64,000 nt of DNA from Magnetococcales bacterium (GCA_015228925.1 JADGCQ010000001.1:50669-114668); one strand, 5' to 3'; shown: positions 17,314 through 27,554, counted from the stretch's first letter. The notes: a model not told the origin generated them from the sequence alone. Numbers and translations: made by a program.

Positions 17314-19152
17314 TCAAGCCACCCGGCGCAGCGGGTTCCGTTGAACGGTCACATCCACGGAATCGGTGGAGGCGATCCGCAGACGCATGAGACGGGCATC
17401 AAGCGCACCCGATGTTTCCACATCAACCCCGATGTCCAGACCATCGATGTTGTTGCCGAATTGCAGAATGCCAGCCTCGTTGTAGTCAGCACGAGTCGCA
17501 GCCAATCCGGTATTGGCATCGTGGGCTGCAAAAACATTGACGGTGTAAATGTTGGCGGGATTGGCCACCTCACGCACATGGACCATCCAGTTCACGGCCA
17601 AGTTTTGTTCCATGACGACGGAATCGACCGTGGTGGCGGCAGTCACCGCCGCCGATTTGCTTTCCTTCAAATTGTCCCCAAGCCGAGCATCCAATGCGCT
17701 GATGGCATCGGTCAGGCTGGTTCCACCAGAAACCACTTTGGTGGAAGAATAAGCGGGCATGGAGTTGCCGACCGACACCTTGCCAATGTAGGCAGAAATG
17801 AAATTGGCTTCGGTTGCATCAGCAGCACCCTGCTTGACGAATTGATTCTCGTCGTTGTAGATCCACAAAGAACCCCATTCTTGGCCACGCTCAACGTAGA
17901 ACGTGTCACCCTGATCAGGACGCCAGCCCACTTCAGGAGCATGGATTCCCCAACCCGGCATCAGGTGGTAATCACCGTCAACACCACCACTCATCGGAGT
18001 CCCCGAATATTGCGCAGCAATCACCGCAGTATCGGCAACACCATCCTCTTGGATGTCGAAAAGGCGGTCATACATCATCCGGCCATTTTCGTCCTTGTAC
18101 GATGGAGACAGGCTGTCAACGGCAACCTTGATGTCGGCAATGGTTGCCGTGATCGCAGACCCGTTGTTCTTCAGGCTGATGGTCAGGGTGTTGGTGGAGA
18201 AATTGTAAACAGCCGTGGTGGAAGACGCGCCATTGAATGAATTGTGCGTCAACACAACGGTCGTGGCATTCCACCCGGACCCGGCTCGACCAGACGCGAT
18301 ACTGAACTTGTCAACGGCGACCGTGCCGATAGTCCCCGTCGCACTGACCGCGCTGTTGCTGCCATCACCGGCACCGGACAAATTCGTCTGAGCCAGCGCA
18401 TATGGGGTAATGCCAGTTGGACCAGTTTCATCATTCATCGGCCAACGATAACGAACAACCACCCGGTTCGTGGTATCCGCAGTCTCGATTGCGGAAATCA
18501 CATCACGCATGTCGCCGGTAGGATTCGTGCCGTCGTCCGCCAGGGTGACAACGATATTGTTACCGATGAAGGTGGCCGTGGTGGTCGGATTGTTGTTGGC
18601 ATTGTTGATCATGGCCAGGGTGATGTTGTTCCCGGCAGGACCACACTCGGTAGCCACCAAATAAAAGCTTTCACCGCCGTCGGAGATGTCCTTCATCGCA
18701 AAGCCAGCCGTTGCCATGTAGCGGCCTTCGCCAAATCCACCGGAAATGTTCGGCAGAAGTACGGTTGCATTCTTTTTGAAAGCATCCCAATTGGTTTCAC
18801 CAACATCCGAGATAACATTGGTGCCACCAATCATGCCAAACTGATTCATGAAGGTTTCAAACTGAGCCTGGGTTTTGGCTTGAGTATCCACAACCCGGAC
18901 AGGGTGCTTCCAATGAACCGCGCCCACCTTGTCCGTGGCATCGGCGATTCTTGTCCACTTGTCAGCACCCGAACCCATGGTTGTTTTGCGGTAAATGAGT
19001 CCATTGGACCGGCAAATGACAATGGAGCCGAAGGCCATGGCATCAGACTTACCATCGCCGGTGGCCGGGGGGAAATCCAAAACGTCGAATTTGATATTGT
19101 CTTTGCCAAAAGCCAAGCCACCATTGATACGAAAAGGAACAGGAATACCCAT
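17314..19152 (-). CDS. Fibre-like structural protein (612 aa) with two internal ~100-aa repeats
   Basis: Repeat 1: ...NNITLAMINNANNNPTTTATFIGNNIVVTLADDGTNPTGDMRDVISAIE... Repeat 2: ...TTVVLTHNSFNGASSTTAVYNFSTNTLTISLKNNGSAITATIADIKVAVD... The C-terminal part (TSLTDAISALDARLG...) is fibre-like. Function is inferred. Confidence 0.45.
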   Translation of the reverse strand: MGIPVPFRINGGLAFGKDNIKFDVLDFPPATGDGKSDAMAFGSIVICRSNGLIYRKTTMGSGADKWTRIADATDKVGAVHWKHPVRVVDTQAKTQAQFETFMNQFGMIGGTNVISDVGETNWDAFKKNATVLLPNISGGFGEGRYMATAGFAMKDISDGGESFYLVATECGPAGNNITLAMINNANNNPTTTATFIGNNIVVTLADDGTNPTGDMRDVISAIETADTTNRVVVRYRWPMNDETGPTGITPYALAQTNLSGAGDGSNSAVSATGTIGTVAVDKFSIASGRAGSGWNATTVVLTHNSFNGASSTTAVYNFSTNTLTISLKNNGSAITATIADIKVAVDSLSPSYKDENGRMMYDRLFDIQEDGVADTAVIAAQYSGTPMSGGVDGDYHLMPGWGIHAPEVGWRPDQGDTFYVERGQEWGSLWIYNDENQFVKQGAADATEANFISAYIGKVSVGNSMPAYSSTKVVSGGTSLTDAISALDARLGDNLKESKSAAVTAATTVDSVVMEQNLAVNWMVHVREVANPANIYTVNVFAAHDANTGLAATRADYNEAGILQFGNNIDGLDIGVDVETSGALDARLMRLRIASTDSVDVTVQRNPLRRVA

Positions 19153-19193
19153 GTGAAAACACCTCTCTAAAGTTTGTTTAACAACGATTTACA

Positions 19194-19637
19194 TCAATTA
19201 AAAACGCCAATTCTTGCTGTTCTTGCTTTAACGACGTGATCTGATTTTACAATCAGGTGCAACTCTACATAACCGCCATTCATCTCAACAAATATCTCGT
19301 AAGAAAGATCGTCAACATTCCCTAAAATCGCAAACTCGGTGTACTCAACACCGACGTTTGTTGTAAATGCGTTAATTTCACAAGCTATCCCATGACCTTT
19401 ACTGTCATCAGAAGCAACGAACAACCATTTTAAAAGCCTGTATCTTCCAGGCATTAAAACACGGTCAATTAAAGTCTTAACACCTTGTTGGATACCTTCA
19501 ACAAAGTTAGGATTCGTACCGAATGGCCATCCGTTACCAAAAACAATCGGGGCTTTAGCATCCAACACGTCCTTTCTAAGTTGAACCTTTATTGGCTGTG
19601 CGCCGACCGTCACTTGTATTCTCTTGGGATCGGCCAT
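19194..19637 (-). CDS. Hypothetical protein (147 aa)
   Basis: Same-strand late cluster. Confidence 0.4.
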   Translation of the reverse strand: MADPKRIQVTVGAQPIKVQLRKDVLDAKAPIVFGNGWPFGTNPNFVEGIQQGVKTLIDRVLMPGRYRLLKWLFVASDDSKGHGIACEINAFTTNVGVEYTEFAILGNVDDLSYEIFVEMNGGYVELHLIVKSDHVVKARTARIGVFN

Positions 19638-19644
19638 CGCTTAA

Positions 19645-20013
19645 TTATCCATCATCCTGGGTTATATCCGGTATGACGTTCAACATCCCACCAACTGCTG
19701 TAGACACAAGCGGAGGATCACCAGGAATGCTATGTTGTATGTCATAAAGATAAACTCCAGGCTCAAGCAATTTGGTTTCATCAGAACCTAGAACAATAAG
19801 CCCTATACCATCTTGAGAGTTTTGATCTTCAGGACAAACAATACGCTTTTTAATCACAGCCGCAGAATCGGGATCGTTTACCGATTTTTTGATTGTGATC
19901 CGCAAGACATTGCCAGTTATGTCTAAGGGAACTTTGTCGGTAGTTGAGAAATGCAACTCAAAAGGTTGTGTGTCACCTCGGAAGAATTGAAGGTTTGCTT
20001 TATGTCGCTCCAT
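19645..20013 (-). CDS. Hypothetical beta-sandwich-like virion protein (start moved to MERHKANLQFFRGDT)
   Basis: GGAG lies 7 nt upstream of the ATG at 20013. The pattern F.RGDT...F..D(I/L)TG....I.IK......YLYDIQ resembles phage Ig-like/beta-sandwich proteins by eye. Confidence 0.4.
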   Translation of the reverse strand: MERHKANLQFFRGDTQPFELHFSTTDKVPLDITGNVLRITIKKSVNDPDSAAVIKKRIVCPEDQNSQDGIGLIVLGSDETKLLEPGVYLYDIQHSIPGDPPLVSTAVGGMLNVIPDITQDDG

Positions 20014-20080
20014 TGTGCGCTCCAGAAACAAAAAAACGCGCACAAGGCGCGACATTATTCGGTAAAATTAAAACCCGATG

Positions 20081-20446
20081 TTATGGAACAGGAAAAGGGG
20101 CAGCGATCTTGTTCAGCACAAGTTTTGCCATACCTTTTCCGTCAAATAACACCTCCAAAATCATGTATTCGCTTCCACCGATGGTTACGGTGTCGTCAAC
20201 CATGGGATCTACACCAAGTTCGGACACCCTTATCTCCAGTTCGGACCTTACGGATTGAACTTCAAAGCTTCCGCTGCCGTGAAGTGGTTGATCCACGACA
20301 TGCTCATCAAATATCCCTGACAAATTTCGCGGGATTCCACCTAATTCAATCCGGGTTAAAGCAGAGGGGGTATAAACGACGGGGGTTCCGAAAGTACCGA
20401 CAACATCTATTTGCAGCATTGCCAAAGCATCGTCCCACGCACTCAT
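20081..20446 (-). CDS. Putative head-tail joining / head completion protein
   Basis: ATGA overlap with the major capsid stop (20443-20446). This is the first gene after the capsid gene. Confidence 0.5.
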   Translation of the reverse strand: MSAWDDALAMLQIDVVGTFGTPVVYTPSALTRIELGGIPRNLSGIFDEHVVDQPLHGSGSFEVQSVRSELEIRVSELGVDPMVDDTVTIGGSEYMILEVLFDGKGMAKLVLNKIAAPFPVP

Positions 20447-21456
20447 GACATGGTAAGCTTCACAAGCAATTCGGGCCGATGACACATCGGGAGTGGGTTC
20501 GATTGCGTGTGAAGATCGGTTCCACGGTTGTACTTTGCCGGTTCCTGCTTGGCGTACAGTTCTTGACCCAGGGTATTGACCGTTTCCATGAAATCAGCCG
20601 GGGCAAAATAGGTGCTGAAACATTGATTCGTCCCGGTGGGGAAAGCATGTCCTTGGCCAGATTCGATAAACTTACGGACCGTCCCATCCTTATCCGAAGC
20701 TTGCCCACGATATTCGACGAAAGTAATACCGGCGAAATCAAAACCATCACGTTGATCGGCACGAAGGGCTTGGCCGTCCTGCCACAACGCCCATGCTTCC
20801 TGGACTTTCTTGTGGCCGGTTAGGGCATCGAAAAACTCGGCAGAAACCATTGCCTGAACGCCCTTACTGATCTCGCCTTTCAGATTGTCCTCAATATACC
20901 GTTTCAGATCCAAACAGACTTTTTTTACGTCCGTTGCGGCATTGGAAAACGCAAAGTCCACAACCTTTTGGGTGATATTAAATTCATTGTAAAGGTCGTA
21001 AATGGTGCTTCCATCAGCGTCCAGGATGACGCCTTTCAATGCGCCCATGCGGAGCCATTCCAATGTAATCGCATGTTTATTGCGCATATCATTGAGACGC
21101 ATCGCCAGGACGTTGGCGTAGGTTTCCATCTGGTTTTCTTGACCAAACGCACGAAGTCCTTGGATCTCTTCGGCTTTGATCACGTCTTCATGGGGGATGT
21201 GCGGTATGATGAAAGACCGCATTTTGCGTTTTCCATGGACGCCGACAGTGGCAGGTGCGCCACGAGGTACTGTTGGCAGCATGGCAAGCAAACCATCGCG
21301 CATTTCGACTGCGATATTCTGCATGGTCACTGGCTTTGGTGGAAACAGCTTCATTGCCCCAAGAACACCATAATTATTGGGCAGTCGGTTGATGGCAGCG
21401 GTGAGTTGGATTGCACCGAAGGCATCCGATTCAAAGGGATTTGCAGAAAGTGACAT
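20443..21456 (-). CDS. Major capsid protein, lambda gpE family
   Basis: 337 aa, preceded by the decoration and protease genes. The sequence pattern (MSLSANPFESDAFGAIQLTAAINRLPNNYG...MRSFIIPHIP...) matches the Phage_cap_E type as I recall it. Confidence 0.9.
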   Translation of the reverse strand: MSLSANPFESDAFGAIQLTAAINRLPNNYGVLGAMKLFPPKPVTMQNIAVEMRDGLLAMLPTVPRGAPATVGVHGKRKMRSFIIPHIPHEDVIKAEEIQGLRAFGQENQMETYANVLAMRLNDMRNKHAITLEWLRMGALKGVILDADGSTIYDLYNEFNITQKVVDFAFSNAATDVKKVCLDLKRYIEDNLKGEISKGVQAMVSAEFFDALTGHKKVQEAWALWQDGQALRADQRDGFDFAGITFVEYRGQASDKDGTVRKFIESGQGHAFPTGTNQCFSTYFAPADFMETVNTLGQELYAKQEPAKYNRGTDLHTQSNPLPMCHRPELLVKLTMS

Positions 21457-21459
21457 GGA

Positions 21460-21837
21460 TCAGACTCCTACCCGGATCAGGACGCCCAAAGCCTTCAACT
21501 GAGCCGTCGCTGTAAGTTTTTGGTTGTTGGTGATGCCCACGGGCCACACCAGAGCCTTGTCAGACACGGTACAATGACGCGAAACAATCAGGGCTGTGGT
21601 CACATCGGCGGTAGCGGCATCGGCATTCCCAACCAACACGCCAACCGCCGTTTCAGTCCCATCGACAGCAGCCGGGGCAAGAATGTAATGCTTGCCGTTC
21701 ACCGTTTGTTTGCCTACCACGGTGCCAATCAAAAGATCCGCGCCGCTTCCAACCGTGACCTGATCACGGCTAAAATAATTGTCTTCCTCAAATTTGAGCA
21801 GATCGCCCAGGTTATTCGGTTCTGATAAAACAGCCAT
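21460..21837 (-). CDS. Head decoration protein (lambda gpD-like)
   Basis: 125-aa ORF between the protease/scaffold and major capsid genes. Gly/Val/Ala/Thr-rich. Confidence 0.75.
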   Translation of the reverse strand: MAVLSEPNNLGDLLKFEEDNYFSRDQVTVGSGADLLIGTVVGKQTVNGKHYILAPAAVDGTETAVGVLVGNADAATADVTTALIVSRHCTVSDKALVWPVGITNNQKLTATAQLKALGVLIRVGV

Positions 21838-21905
21838 CGTTGTGGTACTCCATAGAGAAAATTACAAAATGCTATACGTTCTCAACTTACGAACGTAATC
21901 CGTTT

Positions 21906-23177
21906 TTAATGACCACCCGCAATGCGAACGCAAGCCTTCACGACCGGGTTGTTTTCAATGCTTGAATGGGTAGGCATGTTGGTCGTGTTTGCAGAAACAA
22001 CCTGGGATTGGATTTCTTGACCGTCAGTACGTTTGGCCAAAAGATCTTTGCGAACCGCCTCCATGGACGTGCCGGAAGCGATGTATCCCCCCGCAAGTTC
22101 TGGGAAACCAGCAATTTGGCATGTCTCACTGATGGCCTGGGCTTCCTTCCTGAAACCTTCCATGGCGGCAGCACGCAACGCACCTTCATCGGCCTTTTTC
22201 ACGGCCATTTCTTGAACAGCACCCGGAGCAGCCGGGGTCGCTGCCGCAGCCGGGGTCGCTGCCGCAGCCGGGGATTCACCAGCGGCAATTACCGCAACAC
22301 CCTGATTATCCATTTGAAACTCCTTCCGTAGATTATTGATTTTTAACGATGGCCTAATCGAACGCGATAGTTCGGCCATCACATCCCGCATTGTTCCAAC
22401 TGCATCAGCAAATCCAGCGGTTATTGCCTCATCGCCGAAAAATATACCGGCTTGCGTATTCACAACTTGTTCAATGGAAATGTTCCGACCTTGAGCAACA
22501 AGAGCCGTAAACTTTCCGTAAATACGGTTAATTTCCATCTGCAATTTTGTTTTTGCTGAATCTGTAAGAGGGGCATGACTGCTAAAGTCTGCCTTCTGTT
22601 CTCCAGCAGTTACCAATGTGTACTTAAGCCCCTCTTTTTCGTCTTTTTGGGACTCATCAACATGAACTGAAATGACTCCAACACTTCCAACTCCAGAAGT
22701 TTGTGTTACGTAAACTTTGTGTGCCGTCGATGCCAAAAGATACGCAGCGGAATACGCATCATCCGCGAACGCCCATAGCGGTTTTTCTTTTCTGACCTCC
22801 AGCAATAAATCTGCAAGATCGAATACACCACCAACCTCACCGCCATTTGAATCAAGATCGAGCAAAATAGCCTTTACTTTGCCATCTGTTGCTGCGTCCA
22901 TAATCATATTTTCGATGTCAACATACGTTGACAAGCCCGACATGGCATCAACACCAGAGGCTCTTTTTACTAAAGTGCCTCTCACGGGAATTACTGCGAT
23001 ACCATTATCAGTTACCTGATACCCGCCGTCCTTTGTATCAGGATTTTCAAGGTCAAATTGACTGGCATCAATGCCGATCCTTGGTCCAATAGCACCAAGG
23101 ATGATGTTCAATTTTTTCTCTTCAACCAATAACGGTGTTCCTATGATCCGGCTGGCCAGATTCGGTAAAATTCTCAT
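21906..23177 (-). CDS. Head maturation protease, S49 (SppA/ClpP-like, lambda gpC type) with C-terminal scaffold-like region
   Basis: Follows the portal. GGAGG lies 8 nt upstream of the ATG at 23177. The peptidase core reads ...ILLDLDSNGGEVGG...SAAYLLAS.... The C-terminus carries Ala/Pro repeats and a helical tail. Confidence 0.85.
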   Translation of the reverse strand: MRILPNLASRIIGTPLLVEEKKLNIILGAIGPRIGIDASQFDLENPDTKDGGYQVTDNGIAVIPVRGTLVKRASGVDAMSGLSTYVDIENMIMDAATDGKVKAILLDLDSNGGEVGGVFDLADLLLEVRKEKPLWAFADDAYSAAYLLASTAHKVYVTQTSGVGSVGVISVHVDESQKDEKEGLKYTLVTAGEQKADFSSHAPLTDSAKTKLQMEINRIYGKFTALVAQGRNISIEQVVNTQAGIFFGDEAITAGFADAVGTMRDVMAELSRSIRPSLKINNLRKEFQMDNQGVAVIAAGESPAAAATPAAAATPAAPGAVQEMAVKKADEGALRAAAMEGFRKEAQAISETCQIAGFPELAGGYIASGTSMEAVRKDLLAKRTDGQEIQSQVVSANTTNMPTHSSIENNPVVKACVRIAGGH

Positions 23178-23178
23178 C

Positions 23179-24867
23179 TCAACCGCCTCCAATAGAAAAA
23201 CCCCGCGATTGCGGGGCTTTTTCGGTTAAATAATCTTGATTTTGTTTTGCTGTTTTCTCGTCCGGGGGCGGTTTGTCTGGAGGGGGGTCTTCCGAAAGAG
23301 GTTTGTCTGGGGGCGGTTTGTCCAGGGGAGGTTCGTCCAGGGGCGTCTTCTCGTCCTGCACTACTCCACCCGCCCTGGTCCTTTTCCGTGGATCACCATC
23401 GAAAACCAGGCCGAGTTCATCAGACCTGGCATTGGACTTGGCAATTTCAATGTCAATTTCTTCGGCATCGTACCCGTAGGTTGCAACAACCTCGTCACGG
23501 GTAGTTAACCCGGCCCGGATCGCCGAGATGGCTGCGTTGAATTCTTTTTGCGGATCAACCCAGGCCCATCCTTGTCCTATCCACTTTACAGCCCGTGATT
23601 CTCTTGGATTCTTGATGAAATCTGGGATTCGTATCCCACCAGAAATTACAGCTTGTTCAAGCCAACGATTGAAAATTGGACGGCAGAATTGATGGATCAA
23701 AATCGTCTTCTGTAACTGTTCCATGCGACGGCGGTGTGAAATCATTCCGGCACGAATCGAAGAAAAATTAACTTTCTCAAGATCGCCAGTTAATTGCTCG
23801 TAGGTCAAACCGATACCGGCGGCAATTGCCCGAAGCTGCACCTTCATGAAAACTTCGTATTGACCGCCCAAGTCAGCGGGTTCAGAAAACGACACTTCTT
23901 CACCCGGCTCAAGAATCTGCAAAGTACCCGGCTCCCAGGTCACAGCCATGGACCCATAAGCATCGACAGGTTCTTCATCGTCATCTGCTTCATAAACCGG
24001 AGCGGGTTTACGCACAAACCCCGTAGCCAAAGCCGCTGTCTGTTTCCGCATAATCTCAGCGTCGTTGTATTTGTCTAATTCATGCAGGGCAATGATGACT
24101 TGCGCCATCCATGGTTCACCGCGAATCTGTCCAGGTCGCAACGGACGATAGATGTGCAACACTTCCGATGCGGGAATTCTGACTGGCTCTCCACCCATAC
24201 CAACACCGAACATGGCTTCGCCTGGGTGTTCCGGGTAAAGCCAATAGGCTACCCGTTTGTTTATTTTGTTAAATTCGATACCAGCCTTAATTTTGTTACC
24301 GCCGGGCAATTCCATATTGAGAGAATACGGGAGATGCTCAGGTTCGATCACCTGGATCTGGAACGGAACAGACAATCCATCAGACGCTACCCTATTGCGC
24401 AATCTAACCAGGACTTCACCACCTTCAGCCATCGACCTGGCGACAAGAGCTTGCAATCCGTAGAAATCAAGCACCCCATGGGCATCGGCCTCGGAAACCC
24501 AATCTGCCCAGAGAGATTGCAACTCTTCTTTTAAAGCTGCATCTTTGATCAATGATCGTGGTTTAATCCCCGTACCGACAAGATCAGACGCCAAACATTC
24601 CAGAGCATTGGATGCCCAGGTGTTGCGACGGACAAGATCACGTACCCGCGAACGCATGATTTCTGCATCACGGAAAAGCAGCGTATTGACACCAGCTTCA
24701 CCCGGTTGCCAGTTGGAAAGGCGTCTCCCTTGGCCAGCGGCTTCATACCCCATCCGTCTGGACGGAACACCACTGGCCTTGACAACATCACGACGATCAG
24801 GGACCACAAAGCTGGCCTTGCCCAACTTCTTTTTAAGTTTCGCCAGAGCTTTTTTGTGACCACCCAT
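23179..24867 (-). CDS. Portal protein, lambda gpB family (562 aa) with Pro/Asp/Lys-rich repeat tail
   Basis: Position between the gpW-like and protease genes. TAATG overlap with the gpW-like stop. C-terminal repeat: PPLDKPPPDKPLSEDPPPDKPPPDEK. Confidence 0.9.
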   Translation of the reverse strand: MGGHKKALAKLKKKLGKASFVVPDRRDVVKASGVPSRRMGYEAAGQGRRLSNWQPGEAGVNTLLFRDAEIMRSRVRDLVRRNTWASNALECLASDLVGTGIKPRSLIKDAALKEELQSLWADWVSEADAHGVLDFYGLQALVARSMAEGGEVLVRLRNRVASDGLSVPFQIQVIEPEHLPYSLNMELPGGNKIKAGIEFNKINKRVAYWLYPEHPGEAMFGVGMGGEPVRIPASEVLHIYRPLRPGQIRGEPWMAQVIIALHELDKYNDAEIMRKQTAALATGFVRKPAPVYEADDDEEPVDAYGSMAVTWEPGTLQILEPGEEVSFSEPADLGGQYEVFMKVQLRAIAAGIGLTYEQLTGDLEKVNFSSIRAGMISHRRRMEQLQKTILIHQFCRPIFNRWLEQAVISGGIRIPDFIKNPRESRAVKWIGQGWAWVDPQKEFNAAISAIRAGLTTRDEVVATYGYDAEEIDIEIAKSNARSDELGLVFDGDPRKRTRAGGVVQDEKTPLDEPPLDKPPPDKPLSEDPPPDKPPPDEKTAKQNQDYLTEKAPQSRGFSIGGG

Positions 24868-25088
24868 TATACAAGCCCCTTCGCGCTCTTGATGCGTAAC
24901 CGACGAACACGCCTTCTAGGTTGATCTGTTGCAAATTGCATTTCACTTTCGATCAGTGCCAATGCTTTTGTGGCTTGTTCAAGATCGAAAACCACCATTT
25001 TATCGCCATGGGTTACACTTTTCGTCAGCGACGCAACCTTTGCGATGATGGCCTGTCTTTTGGCTTCAAGTTCAGCATAAGTTGCCAT
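24867..25088 (-). CDS. Head-to-tail joining protein, lambda gpW-like (73 aa)
   Basis: Small ORF exactly between the GpA-type terminase and the portal, as in lambda. Confidence 0.7.
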   Translation of the reverse strand: MATYAELEAKRQAIIAKVASLTKSVTHGDKMVVFDLEQATKALALIESEMQFATDQPRRRVRRLRIKSAKGLV

Positions 25089-26998
25089 TATCTATTCATC
25101 CATTTTGATTTAGTTGCCTGACGTTTTTTACGTGGAGTTGTTCTTTCCACTACTGGAACATCACTACCAATCTCCAAACCCTTCCTTACTGGATACTCAA
25201 GAAGCAAACCTGCGCTTACGTTTAAACGCATACCAAGTGCATACAGACCATGCAAAGCAGCCATACTGTAAACGGTTACATCAAGAACTTCGTTTCTCAC
25301 GCCATCCATTATCTTCCATACGCGCACTGATCTGCCTTTATGGAATCTTTGGGCAACACTTTCTGAAGTGAGTTGTTTGAAAAATTCTGCATCTCGCTCC
25401 ATGGGAAAGTGCATGAAGCCCGGTCCCGGCTCTCTCATCTTCAACCTTGAGTAGATTGCCTCTTTGAGAGCATCAACGCCGATGACATAAAGCGGGATTT
25501 TGCCGACATTGTTCTTGGTGGGCTTCTTCGGCCAAACTGGATACCCTTGACCACCCTTACCCTTGATGCCCCAAATCTTTCGCTCCTGCCGGTTGCGAAC
25601 AAATCCACTGACTTTCAATGTGTGATGCCCACCTGTATCAATGCAAACGGCACTGATTTTCATATCCGGCATTATTCTGGAATGCTGAAAAGTGGTTTTC
25701 AGGAGATTATCAAGATCCTGCCAGACTGCGCTTCCAGATGGATCGCCGATCAAAATCCGGTAATCAATCGACCAGCATTCTTCATCCCGGCCCCATCCAT
25801 AAATGCCAACTTCCAACCGATCTCCCTGCACGTCCACACCAGCAGTCAGCAGAGCCACCATTGGCGGCAGATGAGTTTTACTGAAAAACTCACGCATACC
25901 CATGAGAGCATCACCATCGACACTCTCACTGTCCTCAACCCAGGACTCGCCCAGCTTGGTGTTGACCCAAACCTTCAAACGGACCGGATCTCTATAGGCT
26001 TGACCATGTTCAACCGCTATTTGCCCCCAGGACACCCACCCAAGCGGGCTGTAGAGGGAAGACAAATGGAACCCGGCTACCAGACCGCTACCCGTGGCCT
26101 CTGCGATCCAACGCCCGTTTTCCAGCATCCATCCCTTACGATGTTCCTGGATCTTTGCCTCGCAATGGATACAGACGTAATAGGCTTTTGCACGATCTTT
26201 TTCTGGCCATTTTATTTGCGACCAAACCAAAACCTGTTCCTTGGAGCATTCTGGACACGGGACGTAATACCGGCGTTTATCGCTTTCATTGAAAGCGGAT
26301 TCGATGCGAGAAAAACCTCTGATTGTCGGGGTGGAAACAATCAGGATTTTTTTGTTTGAAAAATTCGCTGTCCGTTGGAGGGCAAGGCCCAATGGATCAC
26401 CCTCACCATCCACGTCGCCTGGATAGCGGTCTACTTCATCAAGGAAAAGGAAACGAACCGGCATAGCAGCCAAACCCGCCGCCGAATTCGCACCGACCAT
26501 CCTTAGAATCCCACCAGGAAATTCTTTAACAAAAATGGTGTTTCCACTGTCCCTGGATCGCGGCTCACTTATCAAACCCCGCAATGCCGGACTGGAATTA
26601 ATCATTGGAGCAAGCCGTTGCTTGCTGTACATTTTTGCCAGTTCAACGGTTGGCTGAACCATCAGCACAGGCCCTGGAGAATAGTGGGCAATGAACCCAA
26701 GCCAATTCAGACCCGACTCTGTTTTTCCAAGCTGTGATCCGGCCATAAACACAACACGCTCGACAGCCGACGACGGTGACAGGCAGTCCATAATCTCCCG
26801 GAGATATGGCGTTCTGTTCGTCCTCCAGTCACCCGGCCCGCTTGAAGCAGTCGATGAAAGCTTTCGGTACTTGTCAGCCCATTGGGACACTTTGATCATT
26901 GGTTCAGGACGTAAGCCATTTTTGAAAGCTCTCTTGAATACTGTTGCAACATCGACAATGCCATCGGCATCGGAATACTTAACTCTCAAGGTCTTCAT
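25088..26998 (-). CDS. terL: Terminase large subunit, lambda GpA family
   Basis: Start moved to MKTLRVKY (AGGGGA upstream). Motifs ...FMAGSQLGKTE (Walker A-like)...RFLFLDEVD... Size ~636 aa. Overlaps the terS 3' end. Confidence 0.9.
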   Translation of the reverse strand: MKTLRVKYSDADGIVDVATVFKRAFKNGLRPEPMIKVSQWADKYRKLSSTASSGPGDWRTNRTPYLREIMDCLSPSSAVERVVFMAGSQLGKTESGLNWLGFIAHYSPGPVLMVQPTVELAKMYSKQRLAPMINSSPALRGLISEPRSRDSGNTIFVKEFPGGILRMVGANSAAGLAAMPVRFLFLDEVDRYPGDVDGEGDPLGLALQRTANFSNKKILIVSTPTIRGFSRIESAFNESDKRRYYVPCPECSKEQVLVWSQIKWPEKDRAKAYYVCIHCEAKIQEHRKGWMLENGRWIAEATGSGLVAGFHLSSLYSPLGWVSWGQIAVEHGQAYRDPVRLKVWVNTKLGESWVEDSESVDGDALMGMREFFSKTHLPPMVALLTAGVDVQGDRLEVGIYGWGRDEECWSIDYRILIGDPSGSAVWQDLDNLLKTTFQHSRIMPDMKISAVCIDTGGHHTLKVSGFVRNRQERKIWGIKGKGGQGYPVWPKKPTKNNVGKIPLYVIGVDALKEAIYSRLKMREPGPGFMHFPMERDAEFFKQLTSESVAQRFHKGRSVRVWKIMDGVRNEVLDVTVYSMAALHGLYALGMRLNVSAGLLLEYPVRKGLEIGSDVPVVERTTPRKKRQATKSKWMNR

Positions 26999-27554
26999 CA
27001 CTATCCCCTGAAAGTTCAAGTAATTGAAGATTAACAAACCGTTCTAAAGTGATTCTGACCTTACGGGGATCACCACCCAATTCAGCAGCAATTTCACCAC
27101 TCATTCTGCTTGGCCATGATTCCCATGCTGCCCGGTTTTCCCGGCCAGAATCCCTGGCAGCTTTCCGAACCTCATCAGCATCCAAAAGCTGCCCTGTCTT
27201 GTATTTCCTTTCCAACGTAAGTAATTGCCCCCGCTCAATTTCTGACTTTAATTTCGCAAGAGTCAGTTTCTTCGTCAGCGTATTACCTGAATAGCTGTGC
27301 GGATTTTCCTGGTCGTGCTGGTCGTGTTGGTCTTCCTTGGAATGCGGATCTTCATGACCAGCCGCACCGTAACGCCCAAGCTGACGCGCCGGATTCCGTT
27401 GAAGGGCAAGAGCCTCCATGGCTTGCTCTGGATCGACCTTCCCATCCCGTAAAATGACGGTCCCGTTTCTCACCAACTTGCTTACGTACTGCCTGGAAAA
27501 CTTTTGGCGTCGTGCAAATTCGGATTGAGTGATCAATATTTTATTTTTCGCCAT
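26979..27554 (-). CDS. terS: Terminase small subunit (Nu1-like N-terminal winged HTH)
   Basis: Immediately upstream of and overlapping terL. N-terminus ITQSEFARRQKFSRQYVSKLVRNG looks like an HTH. His/Asp/Gln-rich linker. Confidence 0.65.
   Translation of the reverse strand: MAKNKILITQSEFARRQKFSRQYVSKLVRNGTVILRDGKVDPEQAMEALALQRNPARQLGRYGAAGHEDPHSKEDQHDQHDQENPHSYSGNTLTKKLTLAKLKSEIERGQLLTLERKYKTGQLLDADEVRKAARDSGRENRAAWESWPSRMSGEIAAELGGDPRKVRITLERFVNLQLLELSGDSDEDLES

Noticed and set aside
17254-19170. Two long plus-strand ORFs (328 and 308 aa) opposite the 612-aa gene
   Set aside because: They are antisense shadows of a GC-rich minus-strand gene. They have Arg/Gly/His-rich nonsense-like composition and no RBS, and they would interrupt a tightly coupled minus-strand operon.
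23203-23222. Strong hairpin ccccgc-gatt-gcgggg, with T/A runs on both sides, as a terminator between the portal and protease genes
   Set aside because: It lies inside the last codons of the portal ORF, only ~25 nt before the coupled protease start (GGAGG RBS), in an operon that must be read through. It could at most be an attenuator or an mRNA-stability element, so it is not called as a terminator.
25547-26359. 270-aa plus-strand ORF inside the terminase gene
   Set aside because: It is antisense to a high-confidence GpA-family terL and has no independent support. The same reasoning applies to the many 60-170-aa antisense ORFs inside the tape measure gene.
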